Of a stretch of 64,000 nucleotides of DNA, positions 1 through 12,827 are shown piece after piece. The position numbers and the translations under genes are program-made. The notes beneath the pieces were generated by a model. The model was not told the DNA's origin. It did not search any database and worked only from the letters and a program-made list of their open reading frames with translations. How positions within the stretch are numbered: position 1 is the stretch's first letter; each line of letters starts with the position of its first letter. The stretch is taken from assembly GCA_951406725.2 (NCBI GenBank), contig OX597816.1, positions 161,510,001 through 161,574,000 of the forward strand, in the 5' to 3' direction. Source of the DNA: Octopus vulgaris. Lineage: Eukaryota.

Positions 1-149
1 AATATTTTTAATATCCGACCAGATCCCAAACCTGGATTTTTTAATGGGGCCCTCATAAAAAAAAAAAGCAACAGAAAACACAAAACACGAGTCAATAAAA
101 GAAACATATTTATAGAGGGAATACCGTTGGGTGCCGCCGGAAGAATGCT

Positions 150-197
150 CGAGGGCCGCATGCGACTCTGAGAACAGCGGGTGAGAATCGTTGCTCT
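150..197. mobile_element. Degenerate hAT (Charlie-like) transposon end
   Basis: gggccgcatgcg...gcgggtgagaatcgttg resembles the gggccgcatgcggccc...ggttgagaaccactg terminus of hAT MITEs. The other end is not in the window. Confidence 0.4.
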
Positions 198-938
198 AGA
201 AACTCTTTCGCTGGCTTGCCTTCCAGAAATCTCATCTCGCTATTTAGTTTTTCTATTTTATTGTCGGTCATTATATGTTCCTAAATCGAAAGATCACCAA
301 TTTATTCATTTACAATGATCTTTCTAAGAAAGTATTATTACTTTGAAAAAAAAAAAAGAAATCAATCAATAATTTAGATTGTTTATTTATATCATTTCAC
401 ATCGAGTCAAACTCACATTTTTGATCCGTGTCTTTTGTTCCGATCACTGATTCATTATTGGTTTGCGGTTCTAAAATACATGTAGATTAAACATAGACAA
501 GATGCCCGTGTTTAATCCATCTACGATATTCAGTTAATCGATTAATCCAGCTTATCCACGAATCAATCAATCAATAACCCAATCAATTTATTATACCGAC
601 AAAACATTCATTCGATGAATGCCATTCATAATTTCAAGTTTCGGCAAAGTTATTATTATAATATTTTTTTTCCAATTCATTTCGTTAGTACTATACCGCT
701 TATACGGAACAAGCAACTTCCTATGGGCTTTCCTGTTTCAACCTTATTAAATCAATAATTACAACATCTATATTGGCGGCAATTAATAGTCATCAAAAAA
801 AATTATTTTCCCCGGTATAATGCAATACCTCTAACCCATTTATCGATCCATGTCTTCATCCCCACCACGACCTCTCTCTCTCACACAGACAAAAGTTTTG
901 GCGTTTTATGCACATTTCTACATGGCTATTTTTATAAC

Positions 939-1010
<72 letters not shown>

Positions 1011-1445
1011 AGGGAGGGGGAGGTTGTTATTACAGTTTCAATTTAGCAGATCTTGAAATTCAGAAAAAAAAAAATGTTTGGCCTAAATATTACACATGGA
1101 AAATTTTTTGTGAGATTAATTCTTTCACAACTAAACAGTTTGATGGATAGAAGGGAATGAATGGAGTTGGCAAAATTCCACAGAGTGAGTTTATAAACAA
1201 ATTCACCTGGTCATTGATAATATACGTAGTCTTGGGAATGTATTTGCATCACATTTGCTGCTGTTGTTGTTTTGGTAAATTTTGAAAAGTTTCTTCTCAA
1301 ACAAAACGCAAATAGGAAAACTTAAATTAAATTAAATACACGCCTCGTGAGATTTTGCATGTATACGTTTAAGGCTAGCTGGCCGAAACTTCGAATCTAC
1401 TAGCAACACTGGTCTTTGTAAAAGAATATGTACTCCATTAAGAGC

Positions 1446-1660
1446 ATTACTCTTTTACTTGTTTCAGTCTTTTGACTGCGACCTTGCTGGAGCTCCGCCT
1501 TTAGTCGAACAAATCGACCCCAGGACTTATTCTTTGTAAGCCATAGTACTTATTCTATCGGTCTATTTTGCCGAACTGCTAGGTTACGGGCTACGTAAAC
1601 ACATCAGCATCGGTTGTCAAAGGGATGGTGGGGTGGGGTGGGGGTCAAACACACACACAC
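1446..1660 (-). mobile_element. SINE family B (tRNA/CORE-type), 3' half
   Basis: Reverse complement of the tail seen at 14920-15100, 38890-39095 and 43680-43830 (gaataagtcctggggtcgatttgttcgactaaaggcgg...tgactgaaacaagtaaaag). Confidence 0.85.
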
Positions 1661-1664
1661 AGTT

Positions 1665-1845
1665 GGTCTATGATTGGATTTGTAGCAGCTGATTTTCCGT
1701 GAGTGTATCCTTGAATGGTTGGCTGGTCCACTATCATCATTAGTTGTTTATCCAATGAGTTTTTTTCTTTTAATGTTTCAGTAGCGGTCCATCGTATATT
1801 TCTGATTTCTTTAGGCAAGCAATAGAATAATTGAGGACTTCTAAA
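1665..1845 (-). pseudogene. CR1/L2-type LINE ORF2 C-terminal relic
   Basis: Minus strand reads approximately SPQLFYCLPKEIRNI...LDKQLMMIVDQPTIQGYT...AATNPIIDQ, the GPxLFNxLPxEIR...LDKFL..PDQP tail of CR1/L2-group RTs. Same type as 36410-36650 and 40570-40960. Confidence 0.7.
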
Positions 1846-1943
1846 TATCAGACTGGTACAATAAAGTGTTTATATATATTTATATATCGTTTGTAGAAAA
1901 ACAGAAATCCGGAGAGGTACACTCGAAGATGTAGAGCAGTTAA

Positions 1944-2121
1944 TATTATAATGGGAAAGGCCGGTTTACGGGGTTACCCTGGGTTTCCCGTTCATAAGGG
2001 GTTTGGCCTTACAGCGTATCGTCAGACCCTAAACCTGTTGGTCTAAGGTTTGGGGTCTGACGATACGCTTATGGATGGGAAACCCAGGGTAACCCCATAA
2101 ACCGGCCCCCCTATTATAATA
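1944..2121. mobile_element. Fold-back MITE-like palindrome (~178 bp)
   Basis: The arm tattataat..ggccggtttacggggttaccctgggtttccc..gcgtatcgtcagaccctaaacct is the reverse complement of the right half. The left arm has a short extra insertion. Confidence 0.85.
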
Positions 2122-2426
2122 TATACATACCTATATATATATATATATATATATATGCATACATACATATATATGTATGTATGTAAATAGATATGATTAT
2201 AGATATGTATATATATCTATACATATAAATTTGGCATGGGTGATTCTTTCTTGTTTTGGGATCCACGGTCAAACGGCTGGGTGGAATTGCATGAAAAATT
2301 ACAGATGTGGAAAATGATCCGGTGATGATGCTGGGCTTTGTATTTTTTCATAGCTCCCATGGTTACCGAGATAATCTACTATAATAATACTCTTGTGTTT
2401 ATGAATGAGAAATGAAGGGTTGCTAG

Positions 2427-2635
2427 TATATATGCACACACACATACATGAATATATATATACACCCATATATATACATGCATATATACATATATTTGCA
2501 CATATATATATATGTATATATACATAGATATATACATGCATATATATAAATGTGCATATAAATATTTATATTTATATGCACATTTATATATACGCATATA
2601 TATATACATATATATGCATGTATATATATATATAT

Positions 2636-2691
<56 letters not shown>

Positions 2692-2723
2692 ATATATGTG
2701 TATACACACACACACATATATAT
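2427..2723. repeat. Compound (TA)n/(CA)n/(TC)n microsatellite
   Basis: Directly visible; it produces several spurious ORFs. Confidence 0.95.
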
Positions 2724-2822
2724 AGGAAAATGAATAATTAATTAAATCAATACTTGAAATGTTAATCATTTTATCGTCTCTGGAAGGGTGAAACGCTTGG
2801 TCACCCCCGTGAACAACTGAAC

Positions 2823-2857
<35 letters not shown>

Positions 2858-2939
2858 GAACTGGAAGTTGTAGCGTTCATCCCTTGCCAGCAACTTTGGT
2901 GATGGAAGTGTGAAGCGATTAGGAGAAGGGTAATTGAAA

Positions 2940-3010
2940 CCGAGTGCCAGATTCGGTTCAGTGAGAATTCACCGCTGCGACACACAGCGCGGTTGCCAAT
3001 AATATCCAGT
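2940..3010 (+). promoter_or_regulatory. Candidate promoter/TSS region upstream of the 5089 exon
   Basis: Unique CpG-rich sequence with an Inr-like TTCAGT (~2956) and a CCAAT (~2996). Motif evidence only. Confidence 0.25.
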
Positions 3011-3576
3011 TGATTACCTTCCACACGTTTTGTTAGCGCGCTACACAGCCATACTGTTTAATTACACTTGTTAGATACAATAACTTGTGCTTCTTTAGCC
3101 ATTCATTACTACTAGGTAGATGATTAACTAGTGGAAGAGCCAACAGGGCTGTTTCCTTTCACGTGGATACGGACAGATAACGCATATATATATATATATA
3201 TAAATGTGTGTGCGTGTGCGTCTTTATCCACCAGTGTTTCAGTCGTCATGGTTATGGTAGTGTGGATGGAGGATAAAAAAAAAATGAAATCAACAAGTAT
3301 AAAATAAAATTTATAAAAAAAAATAACAGCCAAAAAAAAAAAAATTCTACCATATCAAAGTAACTAACTAGCTGGCTGACTGGGTATGAAAAGCGACAGA
3401 TTTGCCGAGGGACATAGAGGCAGGGAGGAAGATAGGAAGGAAGTTGGTAAATGTTCTCAGTCGGGGTGGGATGGCTTACAAGTGAGGAAGAGAAGGTAAA
3501 GAGAGCGGTGTGAGGAAGGGCAACCATAGCAATAATATCGATAAAAGAGAGGGAAGGAGATGCAGGAAATGGTGTT

Positions 3577-3856
3577 TATATATATATATATATACACACA
3601 CATATATACATACATATAAGTGTTTGTATATATATATACACATATATACATACATATGTGTTTGTATATATATATATATGTGTGTGTGTGTGTGCGTATG
3701 GATGTGTTTGTGTGTATTTATATATATATATATATATATGGATGTGTGTGTATGTATATATATGTGTGTGTGTGTATATGGATGTGTTTGTGTGTATGTG
3801 TATTTATTTATATATGTGTGTGTGTATATATGGATATGTTTGTGTGTGTGTGTGTG
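3577..3856. repeat. Compound (TA)n/(TG)n microsatellite with higher-order atatggatgtgt units
   Basis: Directly visible. Confidence 0.95.
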
Positions 3857-5088
3857 ATAGAGACAGACGGAGGAAAAAGTTGTATGTGAATGAGTGAACG
3901 AAGAAGAAAGAGAAAGAGAGAGAGAAAGAGAGAATTGTAAATGATATACAGGAAGCACGAGAGAGTGAGAGCGGAAAAAGGAAATAATATCCTTTCATAC
4001 AAAAAGTAAAAATGAAAAAAAAAATGTAAAAAAGAAAGAAACTAATAACAATAATAATACTAATACAACCTTCAGAAAAAAGGGTGATAGAAAAGTTAAG
4101 AGAAAAATATAGTAAAAAGAAAGAAAGAGAAATAATAAAGAGAAAAATTAGAGAATGAGTGAGAGTAGTTAAAAGACAGTCTATGAGTAGTTCTCCAGCC
4201 AAGCAGATGGTTTTTGGCTGCTGTCTGAATACAGAACCAATTCAACACCAGATTAATGGTTTAAGTGAAGAAAAGGATTTGCCGGAATCTACCTACCTAC
4301 TTTATAAAACTACCTAACAACAACAAACACACCGAGGGAGAAATTGTGTAGAGCAAGTGCTTGTTACTAGCGGCCACAAGTGTTATTGTGGCGGGGGAAA
4401 GAAAGAGTGAGAGAGAGAGGGAAAGAAAGAAAGAAAGAGAGAGAGAGTAGTAACCCTTTTTTTTTTATTTTACCATTATTATCGTCATCAGTAGTCGTGG
4501 TAGAAAAGGATAGTGCCTTTCCGTTTCGTGTTAGTAAGTACTATGGCACGAACTAGTTTGGTGTGTGTCGTTGGGACGGTGTTGTGTATATCAGAGACTG
4601 GTGGAATTATTTCGTTAAATGGTTTGTTATTTTAACCTCTCACTGCACCCGTCACCATTTACCATAGTACACAGCTATTGCTTACATAATCGCTTCTATC
4701 ACCTCCCCCTTTTTAGAAAGAGAGCGAGAGAGAGAGAGAGAGGGAAAAACAAAACTATCATTTAGATTCCAGTAACTATTTGTTTACGTTGATGTTTCAT
4801 GCGATTAACAACGGCAAGATGAAGTGAAAAAGAGATAGAAAGAGATCACAAAAGTATTTAAAAATAAAGGATATTGTTGCAGACTTCTGGAAGTTTTATT
4901 TCCAATAAATCTACAAAGTAGTTTATTGATACAATTTACCAACCTTACAAACCCATATGGGATTAACTTTAATCCCTCATTTATCACTAACGTCTATAAA
5001 AGCTACCGATCCCATTCGGATATATTATACACATATATTTTCAATCTGGATAATTATACAAATTTCTCTGTGTTGTCGTTTCTAAAAC

Positions 5089-5128
5089 ATGACTGGTGAC
5101 ATGTTCTGCAGAAAGAAAAAACACAAAG
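5089..5128 (+). CDS. Candidate first coding exon (MTGDMFCRKKKHK, phase-1 donor) of an unidentified gene
   Basis: aaaacATG start context, 13 open codons plus 1 nt, then a consensus AG|GTAAGT donor at 5129. It is preceded by SINE-free, UTR-like sequence. No downstream exon was identified with confidence. Confidence 0.5.
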
Positions 5129-6331
5129 GTAAGTTCGAGTGATCTTAGCTCTATGTTAAATATTTTGATCGAGGTTCGATCCCTCTTCATTCCTTACGAC
5201 CTTCGAATGAAATATATATATATTTTTCTTCAAAAGAAAATCCTTTATCAACTTGTTGTCTCACTAACATCGATCTGTTATTTTTATTCTTTCATAAACA
5301 CTTCTCACTCAATTCGATCGATTTTTCGTTTGTCTGACATCTAAAAGTTTTGTCAGGGCGATCAAAGTACATTGAAAGTGCATAGTTGTCGAATGTTTGA
5401 TTTCATCCACAATCTACATAACGTTATTATGGGTGGGGAAGTAGTTTTAATTAATTACACGTGTTTATCATGTGTTCCTGTGTTGTTTGACCCCAGGTTA
5501 ACCCCGATTGAGTAGACTTGCGATCAAGCTACTTATGCTGGTATCTTCCTGTCTTTTAGGGTCATTTGGGAATTTTTCTTTTTGTACTTAGTTAGGTCTG
5601 TAGCAACGTCTCGTCAGATGGGAATAGTAGTAAAAATTTACCGGAAAAGGGCACTGAATTTTGGGGTAAAATGTAGAAAATATTTCGGGACAAAAAACTC
5701 TTTCACAGAAAGAAACAATCACCCGATTCCTTGCCATTTTCCTTCTCCAGGAGTTGAAAGTGGTAACTGTTCCGAAAAGTCCACCGACCAGACATTACTC
5801 CCGTCTTGTAAGACGAGTGGAATAGTTTAAATTTACCGAAGAAGGATTAGAACATATGACTATTGCAGACACCTCGTGAACAATATATGGCAGAGGGCCT
5901 GCAAGGGTCATATCCAACGTGTCTTTCCCCTTTTTCAAGACGGTATGACTTGAGGGAAATGTGGCTGCTATTTCTAGCAGTTTTAACAACCACATTGAGT
6001 TTACATTGACGGCTCGTTTATCATGTGTTAAGTATAGTTAAGTGTACAAACTACCCGTCTTTTCTAGGCCCTACTACATTTAAACTTTACTGCTAGTTCG
6101 GCTGTGATATGGTTCACTTGCGTTTTGGGTGTTAACGGTACATAAACAAGATATATAACATTACTATTCACTAGAAGTTTCAGAACGTCTTAGGATAGAT
6201 ATCTCTTCACGAAAAGAGGAACACTAAATCTTTAAATAGGTGTATCATAATTATAGGTACAGTTGTATATAGTAACACACTTTTATTTTCTCTGTCTATC
6301 CGTTTTGTTTGCTGTTTTGTTTCCACTGCAT

Positions 6332-6595
6332 TAGCAGTTCTCAACCAAAGTCCATATGACCCTTAGGTGGGGGTCCATATAATTTTTAAAAAAATTAGGT
6401 GGGGTCCATATAATTTTTTAAAAAATTTACGCGCAATAAATATTTCAAAATATTTCAATTTTTTAAAGCAATTCCTAATAATATTTAATTCTAAGAATAT
6501 AAAAAGATTTTTTAAACATGTAATGGTTATGAGTGTCCACCCGAGTAAAATAGAAATTAAAGGGGTCCATAGGTGAAAAATGGTTGAGAACCACA
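6332..6595. mobile_element. hAT-Charlie-type MITE
   Basis: Ends agcagttctcaacc / ggttgagaaccacag, with internal ggggtccat motifs. A related copy lies in the opposite orientation at 18183-18442. Confidence 0.75.
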
Positions 6596-6616
6596 GCGTT
6601 ACACAGTATTAAAACT

Positions 6617-6811
6617 ACCGGATTTATTCGTGTATAAGAGTCACTCTTTTATACTTGATTTAAAAAAAAATCTTGGTTGCGACTTATATACAGGTCAAAG
6701 CTGATATCAGGTTTTTGAATATGAAAGCAATAAAATTTGGTACCAAGATTTAATATTAAATTAGGGGTGCAGCTGATAGACGGGTGCAACTTGTGGGCGA
6801 GTGAATACGGC
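6617..6811. mobile_element. Tc1/mariner-pogo (Tigger-like) MITE
   Basis: Ends taccggatttattcgtgtataag / cttgtgggcgagtgaatacggca match the TACCGTATTTACTCG..TATAAG terminal type. Confidence 0.7.
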
Positions 6812-7164
6812 AGAGTAACGCATGTCGAGAAAACGTGTTGCTATGATGACATTCGTTTCTTCCCACTTGAATCGAAGTTCAATGCCGCATTAAGGAAGTT
6901 GTGTGAGGGAGGTGCTGTGAGATTTATTATAGCTTTAACCGTAATTATATAAATTAGACGGTTACTGTTTACATCTTGACATCAACCAGTTAGACTATAT
7001 AAATAAACCTTGCTGAGGCGATCCGACGGCTTATTTAAATAGTCCAAAAAGAAGCTGGGCAGTTAATTGGTCCACGACTCGCTTAATTGTTTCGTTTTAC
7101 ACTGTGAAATTGATGATTTCTCGTCAACCTTAACCTCTTGAGATTTGAGCTTACCTAACCTAAA

Positions 7165-7525
7165 TGTGTCCCACCCGAATTTATTTCCTCATAACTTTCA
7201 GAAAAAAGGGATATTTATAAATGAAATTTTTTTTTACAAATACCTTTCAGATGGTGTAAAATGCGATGATATCTGAATTTAATTGGAATGATTGGTGCGC
7301 ACACATACATACTGACACACATCAACATATATCTATGAAATAAAACCTGAAATTAAAAAACAAATTATATGTTTGTATGTACGTGTGCACGCCCACCTTT
7401 TTCTCCTCCAACATTAAATTCCGATATTATCGTAATCCGCACAATCTGTAAGGTATTTGTAGAAAATTTCTTCCAAAAATATCAATTTCTCTGAAAGTTA
7501 TGAAGGAACAAATTCGTGGGGTGGA
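7165..7525. mobile_element. Old fold-back MITE
   Basis: cccgaatttatttcctcataactttcagaaaaa pairs with tttctctgaaagttatgaaggaacaaattcgtggg. Inner arms tacaaataccttt cagat / atctgtaaggtatttgta also pair. Confidence 0.75.
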
Positions 7526-7563
7526 GCTTGGGGCACCCAAGGTATGAATAATAATAATAATAA

Positions 7564-7619
<56 letters not shown>

Positions 7620-7896
7620 TGGGAGTTGTAAGGGAACATTCACATCAGCTGAGCTGAAATGATTCCAGATGAGAATGGAAACCAAATTGGTGTCTCGGGT
7701 CACCAATAATTGCATATTTTCTGTAATTACTAACGCTTAAAAATATACGATTTCATCCCGTGTGTAATCTTTGTACTGTTAGAATTTAATGGAACGGTAC
7801 TATTAATTGCAAACATTTGGTGTTTATGGAAATGTAAGGAATCGCTATCTCAAAGTGAAAATGATGAAGCTATCTTTTAAAGTTAAGTAGGCGCGC

Positions 7897-7929
<33 letters not shown>

Positions 7930-8053
7930 CATGCGTATGTGTCACGAGTACTACAGGTTTGATGTATTGAATTATTATTATTTTACTATTATTATAATAA
8001 TAATAATTATTATTATCTATTATTATTATCATGGTACTACTAGTGAAGATTGG

Positions 8054-8054
<1 letters not shown>

Positions 8055-8133
<79 letters not shown>

Positions 8134-8165
8134 TACTACTACTACTACTACTACTATTATTATTA
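8055..8165. repeat. (TAT)n/(TAC)n trinucleotide microsatellite
   Basis: Directly visible. Confidence 0.95.
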
Positions 8166-8448
8166 ATATTGTTATCTTGTAAGTGTAGATGTATATTGTA
8201 TACTATTAATTTTGGACATAAATAGAATGTAGCAGAGATAAAATAGGAAATATAGTTATTTGTTATTAGTTGTATTGATATCGGGTTTATGATGCGAGAA
8301 TTATCAAGTTGAATCAGTTAATAATAGTCTCAAAAACGTTTATTGATGTACGAACGTATAACATTCTTAAAATATTCGCGCGTGCTAGTACACACACACA
8401 CGCACACATATATATTACTTTACAATATGTTTGATATTTAGAAGTAAT

Positions 8449-8504
<56 letters not shown>

Positions 8505-9846
8505 TTTCTATGTGGATTTTCTTTTTGTTTTGTCCTTCATAAAGTAGTTTTAATAATTTCGTCTATTCAATTCTTTATACGAAATTCATTGATCGGAATT
8601 TCATATTTTAGATTGAAGCTATTTAGTTCACTCAACACTTTTATCACTTGTTCTTGTATAGTATAGCAAAACACCAAAATCATAGCTTCTGTCAGATTCC
8701 TCTTGGCGGAGAGACTATTTTATATTCACACATAGTCACATGCACACACGTGTGTGCGTATGTGTGTTACTTTTATGATTCCTTTTTTTTTTTTTTTTTT
8801 TCTTACAATGAATTATTATCTGTCTTCGGGAACAAGAGAAATTCTTCTAAATTCTTACAAAGTAAAAAGAAAAGAGGTAAAATGTGCTGAATAAGGAATT
8901 AATCGCTCTATCTAGAATGGAATGACTGCATTTCGATAATTAAAATAAGCTCAATAAAGTTTTAACAGTAAGTTTAGATTTAGAAAGCACATTTTTATTT
9001 AGTGTATTTCATCTTCTTAAAACTACATATAGAAAACATCGACACTTGATCTATCTCTCTATCTAACTCTATTTATCTATCTATCTATCTACCCCCCTCT
9101 CTCTCTCTTTATATATATATAAAATTTAAATGAGGGAGATAAATTGAATATTAATTTAATTAATATCAATTTAAAACCCAGTAGCCTAACGTATAAAAAA
9201 ATCTGAAAAATCTGATTTTTCAGATATATATATATTGTGTGAAGTTATAATTAGAAAAACAATCAATATTGAACTCTAGAATTGCTGAATACGTTTTTGT
9301 TGAATACTTGTGTTAAACTTATAGAATCAACATTTCCCTCTCTTTATTGACATGAAATTTGGTTCTATTTTAAAGAGAGTTCACTATCACCCCTGTTGGT
9401 TGACCGCCTGGCAAGTCATTGGTCAGTTTAATCGTAAAGTGTAGTCTTGATTGAATCGTAGTTATTCGATCGCTCGTTGCATTGTTATAAGAGTCTAATA
9501 ACTGGCAAATGGACCAGAAGATTAACAACGACTACTACTTGTTGATTCGATGTCTTGTAGATCTTTGAAGTCAAGAATAGATTAAACTAATCCATTACAC
9601 TTGTGATACCGAAATAATAACTTTACCAGATGGCACTTAACGAAACATGTACAACCGATGTTAGACACGACAAAATTGGATTTGTCATGCATGATTTAAT
9701 TCGCGAGTATGTCTGAAACATTTTGGTAAACATGGAATATTGTCTTGCCCTTAGGGCATCGCATTCAAAACGTTCAGTTTGGAAACGAATACGCTCTTAA
9801 AGAGGTGGCTTTCTAATCTGCTTTGCCAATTACGAATTAACCATAA

Positions 9847-10232
9847 GGCGACGGACGAGCAGGCAAAATCGTTAGCACGTCAGGCAAAATGCTTAAGCGG
9901 TATTTCGTCTGGGTTACGTTGTGAGTTCAAATTCCGCCGAGGTCGACTTTGCCTTTCATCCTTTCGGGGTCGATAAATTAAGTGCCAGTTACGCACTGGG
10001 GTCGATGTAATCGACTTAATACCTATGTCTGTCCTTGTTTGTCCCCTCTGTGTTTAGCCCCTTGTGGGTAATAAAGAAATAGGTATTTCGTCTGAGTTCA
10101 AATTCCGCCGAGGACAGTTTTGCTTTTCGTCCTTTTGGGATCGATAAAATAAGTACCAGTTGAGCACTGGGATCGATGTAATCGACTTGTTTCATCCCCC
10201 TAACTTGCTGGCTTTTAGTCAAAATTTGAAAC
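9847..10232 (+). mobile_element. SINE family A (tRNA-derived), dimeric copy
   Basis: Head ggcg..gagc(t)ggcaaaatcgttagcac, B-box-like gagttcaaattcc, body gaggtcgactttgcctttcatcctttcggggtcgataaa. About 20 units occur in the window. Confidence 0.9.
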
Positions 10233-10880
10233 TAGTTACTCACGAATAAAGAAAAACGAAACTAAAATAAAAAGACTGTAGACGAACATAGCTGTTTTAA
10301 GAAGCTAATTGTGTGTTCATTTAATAAATATATCCATATAAATAAAGTATAATTTAAATAGGTGGGTGATGGATGAGAGACCGAATTAACTCTGCATATT
10401 TATTATCCAAACTGAATACAAAATGCAATATTTCATCACACCCTTACGTACTCGATAAATAGCTAGCTGTCTACTCGTTTTACTCGGATCAATAATTATT
10501 AATTATCAATTGCCGAGATCAATTATAACTTCCAGTCAGCCAGCCTCTATATATCTTAAATGCTGATCGGTCGTTTTAACCAATAATTATCAAGTATAAA
10601 TCTATCCCAGTATTTCACACGCTATTAATATTGTCCAGCTTTCCGAAATTGTACACGTCTTAGAGTGAGACTTAAGTATTTTTAAGGCATAGCCTGAGGG
10701 GAATCGGAGAAAATTAGGGTTTTCTTTAGATTTACTACATAATATATATATAAGAAAATGGAGGAACAGATTCCTTTCAATCATCAACTTACAGATTATA
10801 CCAATTCATATTATTTATTAACTACTTAAATAGGAACATCCAAATCCAACAGAATAAAACAATATACATCAATAAGTAAG

Positions 10881-10965
<85 letters not shown>

Positions 10966-11334
10966 GTCTCGGTCAGAGTTTCAAAGAGAATGAATTGTAG
11001 ACATGACTGTGTGTGTGTAATATTTTGGACTAATGAGTATACGTCAGTTAGTGTACTCATGTGTTGAGTATGCACTGTGTACTCATGTGTACTCATGTGT
11101 TGAGTATGCACTGGCATACTTTGGGGTACCTGGTGTCATACCCCAACCTGCGGATGACATCAGGTATATGTGTTGTGTGTATGAAAACAATTTGATTTAA
11201 ATTCGTTAGTACTCTTGAATTTCAAGCGTGATGCTAGTCATCAGCCATTTTGAATTTGAACCAAACTGTTTTGATTCCTACATGTAACTCCCAATAAATT
11301 TGTCAAGCGCCCTTCTTTCGTTTGTCCACTCACT

Positions 11335-11451
11335 CGTATGATGATCCGGTTCTTGACTGAAGACTGAGGGTTTCGAATGTCCTGTCCGTGTTTATTGTAT
11401 CGTCTTCTAAGAGTTATACGTTCTTGTCCATGTTGTATTTTTCTACATACC

Positions 11452-11455
<4 letters not shown>
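11335..11455 (+). mobile_element. (TA)n-associated Penelope-like terminal repeat fragment
   Basis: Reverse-complement homologue of 14190-14312. It contains ctgaaga...cgaat and abuts a long (TA)n. Confidence 0.5.
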
Positions 11456-11505
<50 letters not shown>

Positions 11506-11509
<4 letters not shown>

Positions 11510-12019
11510 GTATTGGTATCCAGAAGACCCAAGTGGCAGGTAAGACTACGCAAGTGCTACGGAAGAACCGTAGTTGAACTCTCGGTTCGATAATAATACA
11601 AGTGAGGAGTCTAACGCGGGTCTAATGCATGTATATGTTAAATAAAATGAGACAACAAAGCCAAGGCTGTATGAAATTTTCGGGACATTTATAAAGAGAA
11701 AGTTAGTCTTCCCTTCATCAGAGACGATGTGAGATGGTTAAATAAAGGGAAATAATAGAGTTCAGTATAAGGAGTTATTTTGGAAGAGGATGGAAATAAG
11801 AAGTATAAAGGGAAATAAGAAAATAAAAGTAAAGATAAAAATATATGTAGGATGCTATTGTTGCAGTTCCATTATTCAAGGATAATGAACTTTAACATTT
11901 CCCTCTATTTAACCATTTCACATAGTCTCTGATGAAGGGATATCGCTAATATCTCAGAAAGACTAACTTTCTCTTTATAAATGTCCTTAAAATTCCACAC
12001 AGCCTTGGCTTTGTTGCCT
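11506..12019. mobile_element. (TA)n-bounded inverted-repeat element, probable Penelope-like inverted pLTR pair
   Basis: Arms of ~115-135 bp (11653-11768 and 11881-12016) are reverse complements. The right arm carries CTGATGA-stem-GAAA. There is (TA)n on both sides. Confidence 0.7.
11923..11965 (+). ncRNA. Degenerate hammerhead ribozyme motif
   Basis: tagtct CTGATGA a gggatat-cgcta-atatctc a GAA(A) gacta: stem I, core and stem II are present, but stem III and the cleavage triplet are missing. Confidence 0.5.
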
Positions 12020-12042
12020 ATATATATATATATATATATATA

Positions 12043-12281
12043 CTAGTATCATAACCCGATTTCATTCGAGTCTACTCGGGCCACATTTTAAAGATGAAGA
12101 ATTTTGCCCTAGAGTTTGCCTAGAATTTTGCCTTTCAATTGAGCAAACTCAAAGTTGCTATGCAAACTCCCCAGCCCTTTTAACGTAGGTGTGCAAATTT
12201 TCAGGTGACTCCGACCACATTTACTAACACTTTTGCCTGCTTGTGAGATAACGTCCGCCCATTTCACAAATATACAGTAGA
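12043..12281 (-). mobile_element. Non-autonomous Helitron-like element
   Basis: On the minus strand it starts TC and ends CTAG, with a cccga..tcggg hairpin just before the CTAG. It sits between A and T with no TSD. Confidence 0.65.
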
Positions 12282-12284
12282 TAT

Positions 12285-12655
12285 CGTGCCACTCCGTCCG
12301 TTACGGCGACGAGAGTTCAAGTTGATCCGACCAACGGAACAGCCTGCTCGTGAAATTAACGTGCAAGTGGCTGAGCACTCCACAGATACGTGTACCCTTA
12401 ACGTAGTTTTTGGTGGGATTCAGCGTGACACAGAATGTGACAAGACTTGCCCCTTTGAAATACAGGTATAACAGAAACAGCAAGAAAAAGTGAGAGAAAG
12501 TTGTGGTGAAAGAGTACAGCAAGGTTCGCCACCACCCACTGCCGGAGCCCCGTGGAGCTTTAAGTGTTTTCGCTCAATAAGCACTCACAACGCCCGGTCT
12601 GAGAATGGAAACATTGCGAGTCCGCTGCTCTAACCACTGGGCCATAGAGCCTCCA
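12285..12655 (-). mobile_element. SINE family D
   Basis: Homologous to 21808-22219 and 49843-50498. The tRNA-like head (tggcccagtggttag) is at the right end. Confidence 0.85.
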
Positions 12656-12666
12656 TACACACACAC

Positions 12667-12719
<53 letters not shown>

Positions 12720-12789
12720 GTGTGTGTGTGGAGGCTCTATTTTGTCCCTCTTAGCGTGTGGCATGTATGTATAATAATGCCCTCTATAT

Positions 12790-12827
<38 letters not shown>

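Noticed and set aside
2299-4202. Many 60-160 aa ORFs (YIYI/CVCV/HTHT-rich), also at 7907-8225, 13030-14312 and 55152-55680
   Set aside because: They are stop-free translations of microsatellites.
9847-9945. tRNA gene (A/B box-like motifs), also other SINE heads
   Set aside because: No cloverleaf is evident and the sequence continues into a multicopy SINE body.
11357-11385. Hammerhead at ctgaagactgagggtttcgaat
   Set aside because: GAAA is altered and stems I and II cannot be drawn convincingly; it is kept only as a repeat fragment.
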